Part shown: piece by piece, positions 18,912 to 31,200 of the stretch
How the letters are laid out: each line of letters starts with the position of its first letter
How positions within the stretch are numbered: the first letter of the stretch is position 1
Assembly (NCBI RefSeq): GCF_000142905.1
Contig: NW_013657678.1
Span: 616,871-680,870 of the forward strand
Reading direction: 5' to 3'
Length of the DNA: 64,000 nucleotides
DNA from: Thecamonas trahens ATCC 50062
Taxonomy: Eukaryota; Protista; Apusomonadida
Notes under the pieces: generated by a model
The model's database searches: none
What the model was told of the DNA's origin: nothing
The model's input: the letters and a program-made list of their open reading frames with translations, nothing else
Made by a program: the position numbers and the translations under genes

Positions 18912-21900
18912 CTAAACACCGCCTGCATGAGCGAGTCTACTTCGCTCTCAGAGCTCGACTCGCCGCCGACACGCGCCACTAGCCCCAGCTCGCCGCCATC
19001 GCCAAAACCCTTGGCGCTCGTGCTTGCGCCCGCGCCCACCACGCTCTCGGCCGCACTCCACTCGGGCGACATGGTAAGCCGCATCGAGATGAGCCGTTCC
19101 GCGCCCTGCGCCATGATCAGCCGCACCATGTCGGGCGCCATGGCGAGCTCAAATGCCGAGCCGTCGACCAGCGCTACCAGTTTTTCCCATGCGCGCCGAG
19201 CCCGGGTTGCCGGCGGGAGCGGCGGCCGTGGAGCAGGCACCGCAGGCACCGCCGCCAGCACCACTGTGTAGTATCCGTTGGTCTCGCATCGGAGTACAAG
19301 CTCGTGCTCATGTCCGACGCTGGTCACGCCCTGATAGACAGGCGGCTGCGCGCCCGCAGCGTCTCGCGAGGCCGGCCGAAGCCACGCAAGGTAACTCTGC
19401 CAGCTCCGGTTCAACTCACTCTTGCGCACAAACTCTTTCTCCAGCGCTGTCTGCGCCGCAATGCCGACGGCGTTCTCGGTCGTGAGCCGGAGTGTGATTG
19501 CTGCCGGCGCCTGCTCGTGCCCCACCACACGGATGCCGAGCTCGGCACCAAAGAACGCTGGGAGGACGTCGACCTTGTCGATGGCAAACTTGCCCACAAT
19601 CCCGCGCTTCTTCAGCCGGAACGTCTTGCGGAGCTCGAGTGTAACCGCAACTGCCAGCACAATGACCGCCAGCCCGACCGCCAAAAACACTCCGGTGGCG
19701 AGCAGGCAGATGGTGCCAAAGCTGAAGGTCCCGTTGGCCACCGCAAATGCCACCGCCAGCGCCAGAACCACCTCGGCCGCCACGAGCATGAGTGTCTCCA
19801 GCCGGTTGATCCGGATCGTCGAGTAAGGCCGGAGCCGGAGCTGGAGACCGAGCGAGAGCGCGACGACCAGCAGCGCAAAGACGACTTGCCAGACTACAGA
19901 GTGCGCAAAGAGGACCTTGCCAAAGATGACCCCAAACTTGCGCCCAAGGATCGCGAGCTCAAAGAGGAAGAATGCCGGCCGATACCGCGCAAAGAGCAGG
20001 CCATATTTGGCCTGGTTCTTTCGCTTCCACAAGTTCTCCCGCCGCCGGAAGAGCACGGTACCCACCACCAGTGGCATGGCCAGCGAGTAGCAGATGAGCA
20101 CCGCAAGCGACGCCGCAAGCTGCCGGAACCACGTCGAACTGTAGCACACCACCGATGGCTCGCGATCCATAACGTACTGTCCGTCCGGAAGCCGAGTGCA
20201 CGGGAAGATCTCCAGTGCCGTGTTCGACACCATCAGGTACAGGATGAACATCATGGTGACAGACGCGTTGGTAAATGCGTACTTCCAGCTCTGCAGCTTC
20301 TCGGCCGGCATTGTCCCGCGGCACTTGGCCCAGCTCCATACGCAGCCCCACGCTGCTACAAAGATGATCAGCATGATTGCAGGCGTGGAGACCTTGATCG
20401 CCCAGATGATGTGGTACGCGGCCTTGGAGTCCGACACCATGCACTCGGGCCGGAACAGCTGGAGGTCGATGTTGACCGCAGAGAGAACACGGAATAGCTG
20501 CTTGAGCGAACCTGGAAGCCGCAGCCGCGGAAACGAGGCGAGGACAGAGATGACTTGCAGAAAGTTGAATCCGATCGAGGCGGCCGTAAAGTAACCATGC
20601 GCAGACCGTGCAATCCGCACCAGCACCACGCACCCAATCGCTGCGCATGTAAAAAGCACCACAAATACCGCCACGATGTTGCGAGGGCAGTCCTTGCAGT
20701 GCCCGCTGTCGGCGTCCTTGTAAAAGCCGCTCGCACACGTCCCGCACCGGAACCCGGTGTGTCCGCGCAAGCACGCGCCCTCCCCACACACACATCTGCC
20801 GGCGCGCAAGATACATACACCCCGCTGGCGACCGGATAGTAGCCTGGCGCAGCCTGTGGCGGTGTCCCGCCGCCGGCGCAAACAGCACCTGGAGGACAAC
20901 GACGGCATGGACTCGCTGTGGCGCTAAAGTACGTGCCTGCCTGACACGGCGTGCATGCCGACTGGTCGAGCTCGATCGAAACCTCGCCGGCGGCGGCATC
21001 GCATGGCGCGCAGCTCTCGCTTACAGCGTCATAGCCCTCGCCTGGTACGCATCCGCAGAGAGCGACCGAGCTTGCGCCGGCAACGGCAGTCGTGCTGGTA
21101 CCCGGGCAAGCAAGGCATTCACCAGCACCGGCGTCAGCCTTGTAGCTCCCGATCGGGCAGTCGCTGCAGTCCGCGAGCGCTGTAGAGCCTGGCGATGAGC
21201 TACGCCCTGGCCCGCAACCTGTGCACGCAGCAGTACGCGGCGAGACAGAAAACGTGCCAGCCGGGCAGATGTCACAGTAGTGCGCGCCGGACCCGGTCTG
21301 GAAGAAGCCCGACGGGCACGGGATGCAGTCGAGCCCGCTGCCGGGGGTCTGCTGGTACGTTCCTGGCCGGCAGGGCAGACAAGGCGAGAGGCCCGGTGCC
21401 TTGTCGTGGCCAGCCGCGCAGGCGGAGCAAAGCGAGGCCGGATCAAAGCCTTGCGCGCAGCTCGAGCAGTCGGCGCCGGCAAAGCCAAAGTCGCACTCGA
21501 GGCAGGCGCCGGTGCCGGTGAACCCACTGTCGCACACTCCGTTGACACACGTACACGTCTGGTTGCACGCTGCACCAAACCACGACGACGAGCAAGTCGT
21601 GCAGCCCGGCTGAAGGAGGCCGGTGTCGGCGCCGCACGAACATGCGCCGGTCCCGCGCTCACCGTCGTCGCATCCAAAGACGCAGCCCGGGCAGGGATCA
21701 CAGTTTGGCCCAAAGTACCCGGCCTCGCACACCGAGCACGCCGTAGCGTTGAGACTGCCCGACGCCGCCGTCGTCGAGCCCGTCGGACACGCCACACAAC
21801 TCGCGGTCACCCCGTGCTCGGCAGAGTAAGTGCCGACCGGGCACTGGGTGCAGTTGAACGGCGAGCCAAAGGTGCCGGGTGGGCAGAGGCAGTCGCTGAC

Positions 21901-22773
21901 AGACTTGCTGCCGGGTGCGATCGTCAGCGACGACCCAGGACACGCCACGCATGGCTCCGAGCTGGAGAATCCGGAACGGTACGTGCCTGGCGGACAGAGG
22001 CTACAGACGAGCGCAGGCGAAGGCGCCGGCGCCGGCAATGGGGGCGGCGGCGGGGGCGGCGGGAGCGGCAGCGCTTCGAACCCGGGCTGGCAGAGGCAGC
22101 TCGACGGCAAAGTCGCGCCGATAGCCGAGAGCGTCGTCGAGTTTGCACCGCACGCTTCACATGGTGCGTCTCCAATCGCATCCTTGAACGAGTCTGCGGC
22201 GCAGAGCATGCACTCGCCCTCGCCGTTTCCGTCGTCCCTCCAGCCGGCACCGACGTCGCAGATGCAATCGACGACGGAGGTCGCGCCTGGCGCCGTTGTC
22301 GTTGTACCAGCAACACACGCCGTGCACTCTGCAGTGTTGGCCGGCGAGTACGCGCCGCGGGGGCAGAGCTGACAGCCATCGACGTTATTCAACCGACCTG
22401 TACCGGGATCAGGGCATGGTGTGGTAAAGGAGACATCGCCCACAATGGGATCCGCATTTTCATCAGCATCGGTGACAAAGGTGAACAAGTACTCCGTGCC
22501 CGGTGTCAAACTCGAGAGATACAACGAGGTCGCGGGCATGTCTCCCGAGTTGGAGCCACCCGACCACTCCAACAAAAAATTGCGAGTCACCCATCCACCG
22601 GGACTGCATCCCTCCGTCACCATGGTCCGACGGGCTTCGGCCACCGTCTCACTGACAATGGTCACTCCGAGCGTGCCTGACCACGAAGCGCAGATGCCGT
22701 GGCTGGGGGTGACGCTGCCCAAGAGGCAGAGCGCCAGCACCGCATACAATGCGGTGAACGTGCGTGCGTGCAT
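18912..22773 (-). CDS. Large receptor-like membrane protein: signal peptide, FN3-like segment, many GCC2/GCC3 (ephrin-receptor/TNFR-like) and EGF-like Cys repeats, multi-pass TM domain
   Basis: Signal peptide MHARTFTALYAVLALCLLGS; repeated C..C..GT(Y/F)S...C..CP motifs. Frame break near 20783 (4-G run) joins track ORFs 20368..22884 and 18212..20908. TM region FLQVISVL...FRPEC...YGLLFARYR...FFLFELAILGRK...RPY. Stop at 18912-18914 is inferred assuming a second missing base. Confidence 0.75.
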
Positions 22774-23179
22774 GGGGAAGTGGTGCAAGGGGGTTGGTGC
22801 AAGGGGGCAAAGGAAGGGGAAGCGGGAGAGGAGGGGTGTGCAAGAGAGAGTGTGATCGGTGACGGGCCCGTGCCGCCTGTGCACACTTTTTTGGTGGGGT
22901 GTTTTTAAGGGGGGGGGAGGTCTCGGGCGGTGATGGCGATGGCATCAGAGGCAGTGGATGGTTCTTTTTCACGCCTGGCTTGCCTCTTATCTACAACGCC
23001 ATCATCACCATCCCCCTACTGGTGTTGGTAAACGGATCTTTGTTTGAATGTGTTGGCATTGTGTGTGAGCAGGGAGTGTGAGCGTGAGGATGATCACAAA
23101 TATTTGGCTGGACGTCGTCAACCGCCGACTTTTGCTCAACGCCTTTACCTCTGGCTATCAATCCTACCGATCGCTGCAC

Positions 23180-23863
23180 TCAACGCCCCTTCCGACGCTG
23201 TTGCTTCCCCTCCTTCTGCTCAAGAATCTTGCTCATCTCCTCGAGTCGCGCCTTCCACTCGCGACGGTGTTTGGCGGCGCCATGGGAGCCGGATGAGGCC
23301 GACGCCGAGAGCGAGGAGCTAGAGCTGGAGCTGGAGCTCGAGCTCGAGCTCGACGCCGATTCCGACGATGATCCCGACGCTGATCTCCAGTCCGACTGTG
23401 AGCCGGACTTGGCCCGGACTGGCGACTTGTTCGATCTGGCGGTGGGCCGCTTCTTCGACTTGGGCTCGGACACTGCGGATGACGAGATAAATATCAGCTC
23501 ACTGTGAGAGTGGCCCCTCAACTCTGCACCCAGAGAGGTAAACGCTGAGACGACGGCAGTGAGCGCCCTCCTCCGTGTAGCAGCCTGATACTGCTGCTGC
23601 TGCTGCCAGCTGATCTTTTGGGCGTTACTCGGCGACTTTCTGAACGCCATCGGCCTGCTCCCAAAATACCATTCCCTCTTGGGATGGATATGTGTGAATC
23701 CGCGATGGGCCATCTTCTCGGCGATCGTCCGCTTAGTCTTGGCCGAGAGTCCCGGGAAGGCCGAGATGAGAACATTGATGTGGAGCTTATCCGCCGCCCG
23801 CCTCCGACCCCGGGTGGTTGTGCTCACCAGCTCCAAGCTGACCGCCGTCACGGTCTCGATCAT
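23180..23863 (-). CDS. Hypothetical protein, paralog of 24292..25119
   Basis: Shares HRGFTHIH...YFGSRPMAFRK and REWKARLEEM with the neighbour. Ser-rich tract and Lys-rich tail. Confidence 0.6.
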   Translation of the reverse strand: MIETVTAVSLELVSTTTRGRRRAADKLHINVLISAFPGLSAKTKRTIAEKMAHRGFTHIHPKREWYFGSRPMAFRKSPSNAQKISWQQQQQYQAATRRRALTAVVSAFTSLGAELRGHSHSELIFISSSAVSEPKSKKRPTARSNKSPVRAKSGSQSDWRSASGSSSESASSSSSSSSSSSSSSLSASASSGSHGAAKHRREWKARLEEMSKILEQKEGKQQRRKGR

Positions 23864-24291
23864 ACAGGCCTAGTTTCTCGTTCCTCTCTTCCAAAGGTAG
23901 TGCCTCCAACGGCGACTGACTTCCGACGACAACGCCGACAACAACTACGACTGCGAGTTGTGTCTGTCTCTGACTCTGACTCTGTGGCTGGCTCGGTAGC
24001 TGTGGCTGGCTGGCGGGTGGCAGTGGCGGGTGTCATTGGTGGGACTCTGCCGACCGACGAAAAAATTGCGTCGTTTTGACCAAATGGCACTGCCAACCTT
24101 TGGGGCCATTCCAAGAATGCCCTCACCTCGGCCCGTGCTTCCTGCCCGTCTCTCTACTACCAGGTATTGGCTACATCATCCGCAACGTGCTCGATCAACC
24201 GTGGCCTTGGCCCCGCGCCACTGGGTACTGTTCACAGACGAGAGACACAACGATGCTTGGCAGGCATCGCCTCGGTCAAGATCAACTACGT

Positions 24292-25119
24292 TTACTTTCG
24301 CTTCATCAGCTGCTGCTGCTGCTTCTTCTTCTTATTCGCTGCCTTTGACGCAGAGCGTTTGCTGCTCCGCTTCACCTTGGCGCTCTTGCTGTTGGCATCG
24401 ACGTCATCGTCGTTCTCCTCGTCATTGTCGGAGAGCTCGTCAGCAAGTGCGAGCATCATCTCGTGCAGGCGGGCCTTCCACCTCCGATCAGACTCGCACT
24501 TGCCATCGTCAAACTCGTCGTCATCGTCATCATCGTCGTCGCCGTCGTCGCCGTCGTCGCCGCTATCACTGCAAAACACTTCGTCCTCGTACGACTCGTC
24601 GCTTGCCGAGTACATCGAGCCGTCCGAGTCGACGCCGGCAGCCGAGTAGTCACCGTCGCCCGACGAGGATGACGCGGCATCGCGCGCGCGCTCCTTGGCC
24701 TCGGCACGCCGCGCCAATCGCTCCAGCGTGCCAATCATGGGAAGCTCGCTGCGTGCTGTTGTCGCCAGGCTTGGGTGGAAGACAAACTGGTAGGTGTGGT
24801 TGTGAAGCAGCAATGAGGAGACCGGAGTGAGGCCGACCGCAGCAAACGGGGCATGAGTGGCGGTGATAGCGCGCATCTTCGCCACCTGTTCAAAGTTGTC
24901 GCACTCGGTTGTCTTCCTGAGCTTGAACACCAGTCGCTTGGCGCCCATAAACTGCTTGTGCTTGTGGGTGTGGATGCGCACATAGCCTCGATCCAGCATG
25001 CTCCTGATCAGCGCGCCGCGCATCCGGCGCGGCAGATCCGGCTCGGGCGTCACGACGGCGGCCACCTGCTTGGAGGTAGTTGCCATCTTGAGCTCAACAA
25101 GAGTAACTTCAGAAATCAT
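24292..25119 (-). CDS. Hypothetical protein, paralog of 23180..23863
   Basis: DRGYVRIH...FMGAKRLVFKL and RRWKARLHEM. Asp-rich tract and basic tail. Confidence 0.6.
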   Translation of the reverse strand: MISEVTLVELKMATTSKQVAAVVTPEPDLPRRMRGALIRSMLDRGYVRIHTHKHKQFMGAKRLVFKLRKTTECDNFEQVAKMRAITATHAPFAAVGLTPVSSLLLHNHTYQFVFHPSLATTARSELPMIGTLERLARRAEAKERARDAASSSSGDGDYSAAGVDSDGSMYSASDESYEDEVFCSDSGDDGDDGDDDDDDDDEFDDGKCESDRRWKARLHEMMLALADELSDNDEENDDDVDANSKSAKVKRSSKRSASKAANKKKKQQQQLMKRK

Positions 25120-25266
25120 GCCCCCCTTGTCCCCACGAATGTGCCTTGTTATACCGCTGACGGCGCCAATCGGCTCCCGAGCAAGAGTTATCCCCTTTTT
25201 GTTGCCGCCGGCAGCTCTATTCCGAGAACCTAGTTTAACCCTGCTGAGTGAGGCACAGCCATCGGC

Positions 25267-28200
25267 TCACGGCGAATCCTCGACATGGCCGTAGTCACAC
25301 ATGTCGCAGAAGTTCTTAGACATCGAGTTGGAGTACGTGCAATGGCCGCAGACCCAGTAGTTCTGGAGGGCGCTGGCTTGCATCTCGTGTGAGCGGCCAC
25401 ACTCTAGGCACTGAATGCGGTCGCCGGGCGACATGGCGGAGCAGCCTGCGCAGCGCCAGCGGATGCGCGACGGGTCCGACGCGCGGGTTTGTGCGGCGCG
25501 GAATCGCTCGATGGCCTCGGACTCGGCGGCGAGGACGTCGGCGAGTGTGAGCTTGGCAAACTTGGTGACAAACTCGTCGAACGAGAGCGAGATGTTGGTC
25601 CCGAGATCGAGGATGTGGAAGAGCTGGATGGCATCTGCCGAGGAGAACCCGAGCTTGAGGTACGAGAACGCGCGCATGACCTCATCCTGGGTGATGTACC
25701 CGTCTGCGTCGGCGTCAAACTTGCGGAAGGCGACGCGGAGGTACATGCGCTTCCGCTGCATGGCCGAGGTGAGCTCGACAACGAGCGCCCGCGCCTTGAG
25801 CATGCCCCACTCCTCGCGGCGGGTAAAGACCTTGGCCACCGGCGTGTCGGCCCAGAACATGCGCTCGCGCCGCCGGTACCGCAGCAGCGTCTCAAAGAAC
25901 GCCAGCCGCTCCGACTCGTCGGCGCGGACGAGGCCCTCGGCGAGCGTCTCGAGCTCAGCGTCCGAGTAGAACATGGCGTTGTTGATCCACTTGAGGCAGA
26001 CCATGGCCACGTGCTGCACGCTCGCGGTTACGTCGGAGCAGCCGACGGCCACACCGCGCGCGCTCTCGGCCTGCTGCCGCAGGTTGAGCGTCCGGTTGAG
26101 GACGAGCCCGTCGAGGGTGACCAGCGAGAGCCCTGTCCGCGCCAGCGGTGCGTACAGCGCATCGCTCTCGGCGCTGCTCACTAGCATCCGGTGGAGAACC
26201 CGGTGGAGGGTCTGGCCTCGGCGAGCGAGACCGCCACCATGTACCGCTCGTCCGGCGCACGCTCCAGGTCCGGCACCCACTCGACAAGCACGGTCACGTT
26301 CTTGAGCCGCCGCTCACCAAGTCCGACCCATGACGGGCGGAAAAAGTTGTCCGAGAGCAGCATGTTCGACGGGAAGGCAAGCGGGGCGTGGTCCTCGTGG
26401 ACCCGGAAGGCCGAGAACGGGTAGAACGCCACCTCACCGGCGCCGTGCTCGTCCGGCGACCGCCCGAGGAGCTCGACCAGCCACGGATTCTGCGACTCGT
26501 CGTCGCGCGAGTACGCAATCTCGCGCTCCTTCTGCTTCTCCACATCCTTCTCCTTCTGCTGTTCCTGCTCGGCCTCCTGCTCGTTCTCATTGACAACCTC
26601 CGAGTCGAGCGCAGACCGCCCCGACTGGACCTCAGCGAGCGTGACGCTCGAGACCTGTGCCGCCTTGGTCCGGATGGCCGCCAGCACCTCCTCGTCGCCG
26701 GGCTGGGTCAGGTCCGCGTTGCCTGCCACTAGCTCGTCCAACACCTCTTCGAACCGCTGCGCCACAGGCACCGAGTCGTCCACCGCAAACTCGACAGGCT
26801 CGCGGAACTTGTCGATGGCTCCGCGAAGGTACGCCTTGCTCACGCTCGCCTCCTCGCCGTCGTCGTCACACGCCAGGAACCGCGTCAGCCGCCCGTCGAC
26901 GTCGCGCGCTGTGTTGGCAGCAGAGTCGGCCCGGAGCGCCGCCAGCCCATGCTTCCGCCACACCGTGTGCAGCTCCTGGAGGCAGAGCTGGATAAACTGC
27001 AGACTCTCGGCCCGCATCGAGTTGACCAACAGCCAGGCGGCGACGTCGAGCTCGAGCGCGCCCGAGCGCGCGCCGCCGATCGCGTTGAGATCCTCCGCAA
27101 TCTTGTTGGCCACCTCGGGAATGACCACGAGCTGGATGGTTTGTCCGCGACCGATACCGCGCATCCGGTACGCGCCCTGCGCATAGTCGCGGAAAGTCAT
27201 GTCCTTGCCGATGGTGAGCAGCGCCTGCGCGTTGGGGGTCTGCTTGATGTCCATGCCTGTGGTGTGGACCTGGTCATAAAAGGTGAACCGCTTGTCGAGC
27301 GAGACACCGCACTGCGAGAGCGGGACGCCCGGCCCGCCGCTCCGCAGCAGAATCATCTGCTTGTCGTTGCGGTCGAGGTACACCACACCCTCCATCCACT
27401 CGGGCAGGTATGCCAGCAGGTACCGGGCCACAGCCTCGTTGTCCATGCCGGTGATGAGCGCGCCGGTGTCAATGAGCGCATGAGCAGGCGGCTCCATGGC
27501 CGCCACATCGCGCAGAATCGACTTGGCCGTCCATGCATCGCCCTTGACCTCGACCGAGACCACGCCCGGCGAGGTGAGGACGTGCAGGATCTTGCCGTCA
27601 GAGCCGGCCTCGTACATGCACCGCCCGAGATCGGCGGGCATCAGGTTCGACGGCGTGCCCGAGAACCCGAGCCGGGTCCCAAACAGGATGTTCGACCCGA
27701 GCTCCTGCCCCGAAGCAGAGATCTTGACCTTGCGGAAGTTCATGCACGGCGGGAAGACCTGCCGCCGCAGGTAGTAGTGAATGAACGGCGGGTGCCGCTT
27801 GATGATGCGGTAGAGCCGGTCAAGCTGCTGCGGGTCGTTTGGCTGGAAGAGCGGGAGCGGAAAGACGCCAGTCTCTGGGTCGGCCTCAGCCGTCTTGGCC
27901 GCCTCGCTGCCCGGCCCAAACGCCGCCGCAAAGCTCCCCGATGGCGAGACCGGCGTCAGTGGAACGCCCATCTCGTCTGCGGCCGCGCTCCGCTCCTTGG
28001 CCGCCGCCAGCCACGATGAGAAGAGGACCGACGACGGCCGCTCCGCCGGCGGGCCAATCTCCTGGCCAAAGTCCTTCTTCAGCTGCTCCACTACACGCCG
28101 CAAATCGCTCTTCCGCACCCCTCGTACCGGTACGCCAGGATGGTGAGGCCAATGACTACGTCCGGCTGCGCAAACTCGGACGACCGCGACGGCACGTCCT

Positions 28201-31200
28201 TGCCCACAAACGGCACCGCAGTCAGCCGCCGCGACTTGGGCATCCGCGGATCACACCGCGCGAGGTCCACCGGCGAGAGAATGCCGTACGAAACGCGGTC
28301 GACCTTGGAGAGGACGTGCGGGAGGAACGAGGTGAGCCAGTCCTTGGCCAGATTGAGCAGCTTCATGTCCACAGGCAGAAGCTGGCCGAGGGTTCCGTGC
28401 TCGCCGGCAAGGTCCTGTGCGGCGGGGCCCTCGAGCTCGCCGCTCATGTAGGCCAGCAGCGCCTCGTGCTCCACCGAGGCCAGCGAGCCGAGCGCCCGCT
28501 CCCGCACCCAGAACAGCGCCCACTGGGCGAGGATTGGCTTGAGGCGCGCGTGGTAGTAGTCGACGTCCATCAGCGCAAGGTGCGGCGACCGCTGCAAATT
28601 GTGCTCGGTGTAGCCGGCGTCCAGCGCCGCTTCCAGCGCGCCCTGCACGCTCGCCACCGACACCCCGAGTGCCTTTTCAGTCTCCGCCTCGACAGCCTCA
28701 AACAGCTCACCCCGCTTGTGTGAAAAGACCAGGTCGAGGAGGTGGATGGGAAGGTCCCACCGCGCGCCCTCCATGTCGATCGGGTACTTTTCGCCGATCG
28801 GATAGTTGAGCTCTGACTTGAGCGGGTGGAGGAGGACGTCGACTTCGTCCATCATCAGCACACCCTCGGACCAGAGGTTCATGATCTTGACGAGCGCGTC
28901 CGACGCGTCCGACCGCAGATGAAGCTTGGCCATGAGCTGCGCAAGCTTGCGCTCGTTCCGCTGCACCCCGCCAAGCCGCGCCGCCAGCTCCGAGTACGCG
29001 CGGCCCTCGGCCAGCGCCTCGAGCGTACCCGGCGCCGCGGCACTTCCCTCATCGGCCGCGTCAGCATCAGCCAGCGCCGCCACCTCGTCCGAGACCCCAC
29101 CGTCAGCAACGACAACGTCAAGCAAGTCGAGCGTTGAGAGCTCCGACGACTGGGCGCGGCCCGATGTGAGGAGGTAGTGCGGCGTCTCGAGCGAGTGCAG
29201 CTGCTCCACGTACTTGAGCATGAGCGACTTGATAGCGTCGGGCGTGGTGCAGACAACCGCCCGGCGGCGGCGGGCGGCGTCGAGCTTCTTCCACAGCTCG
29301 CCGACCGAGACAGCCGAGTCCGGCTCCGAGCGGTCGTACGTAAAGGTGTAGACCCGCTTCGGCACAATGGCCGTGAACCGCGACCGCATCACGTTCCGCG
29401 ACATCTCCAGCAGCGCCGTCGGCACCACCTGCATGACCAGCTGCTTGCCGTCGGCAAGAATGAGCGCCAGCAGCGGGCCAATGACGGTCGTCTTGCCTGC
29501 GCCCATGATCATCTGCTGGACCATTGCGTGGCTCTCGGAGCGCGACGCCGCCACAAAGTCGTTGACCATCTCCACCTGCCGCTGGCGGAGCAGAATGTCA
29601 AAGATGTACTCAAAGACAAGGAACCGCGGGTCATACGAGAACGCCCCGCTCCCCGACTCGACACCACCATAGTGGCGCTCGCACACCAGCAGCTCGCCTA
29701 GGTTGCTCACCTCGTACTGGACCTTGGACGCAAAGGCTGCGTCGGCGCCAGCGCCGGTCTGCACCCGCTTGGTGAGGCTGGCCAGTGTGGCCTGGACCTG
29801 CGTCGCCGCAGCCACCACCCGGTTGACATGTGCCACCCGCGTGGCGTGCAGCAGCGTTGCCTGCGTCAGCTCCAAAATGGTGGCCACGCCGTCGTCGCCC
29901 AGGAACGGGTTGACCGCTCGCAGCTCGACCGCTGCGTCGTCCGAGAGCAGCGTGCACGTAACATGGTCAAAAATGAGCTCCGTCCGCGCCCCGTGGAGCC
30001 GGAGCAGCTCAAACTCGGTCGCACCATCGGCGCCAGGCGGCACTGCCACCGCCTCTGCGAGCACCACGGCCAGCGCATCGGCGATGAACGTCGCGTCAGA
30101 GGCAGCAAGCTCGCGCAGCTCGCACAGCAGGCTCTCGAGCGTCGCAGCAACCTTACCCAGCGCGGCTAGCGCAGTGTCGCGCGCCGCATCGCCTGCGGCG
30201 CCATCGGCCGCACTCAGCAGCTCATCAACGTCGGCCGAGCCGAGGCCGACAATGCGCGGGACGCGCGAGGCATCGACCTGGGCTTTGAACGTCGTCACGT
30301 CGTCGTCGAGCCGCGAGAGAATGAGACCGGCCACATGCGACTTGGCAGCAGGATGCGGCGAGAGATCAAACGGCAGCGCGCCGGTTGGCGCGTCCTGCGG
30401 CTCGTCAAAGGTCACAAACGCATCCAGGTCCAGGACCGACAGCGGGCGGGTGGCAAAGGCGGCCAGATCGGCTGCGCTCACATCGAGGCCGCTGCGGGTG
30501 AATGGAGCCAGCCGCCGCACGTCACACCCGTGGTTGGCGACGCGCGGGAAGACCGAGCCGGCCTGCGCGCCGGACGAGAGGCTTCCAGCGGCACGAACAG
30601 CAATCTCGCTGATGGTGTGCATCGTCTCGCGCGGCGCAGCGAGGACCGCCTCGAGCTCGGCAGACTCGGCGAGGCGCGCCTTGGCGTCGTCAAAGAACGG
30701 CGCCGAGACAAGCGACTGGAGCGTGACAAAGAGCTCGTTGAAAAAGTTGCGCAGCAGCTCGGCTGCCGACGCCATCTGCGGCAGCTCCTGGTCGACGCAC
30801 GAGATCTCGACGCCGCGCACCAGCATGCGCGGCAGAGGCGAGACGCGCGGAACACTCGGCCAGGCAACGTACGGAAAGTTGATGAGCGCCGCTAGCTGTG
30901 CGTTGTGGAATGAGACTGAGGTCACCGCGTTGCCGCGGACGCCCTCGTTCCCGCCCACCGCGAGGTTCGGGTCACATACAGCCGCGTCTGCAGCTCGCCA
31001 AGCGAGCGGGTCACGTCAACGCCGAGCAGCCGCGCGCTGGCTGGCGAGTCGGGGTGGAGCAAGTCGTAGAGGCCGAGGAAGCCGACCTTGCCGGTCGAGC
31101 CCGACTCTTCCTCCTGCTCCAGGGCTTCCATGAACGAGAGCACACCGGTGTCGTCGAGAACCGGATTGGCCGGCATGGCGTAGTAGACGGTTGACATGGT

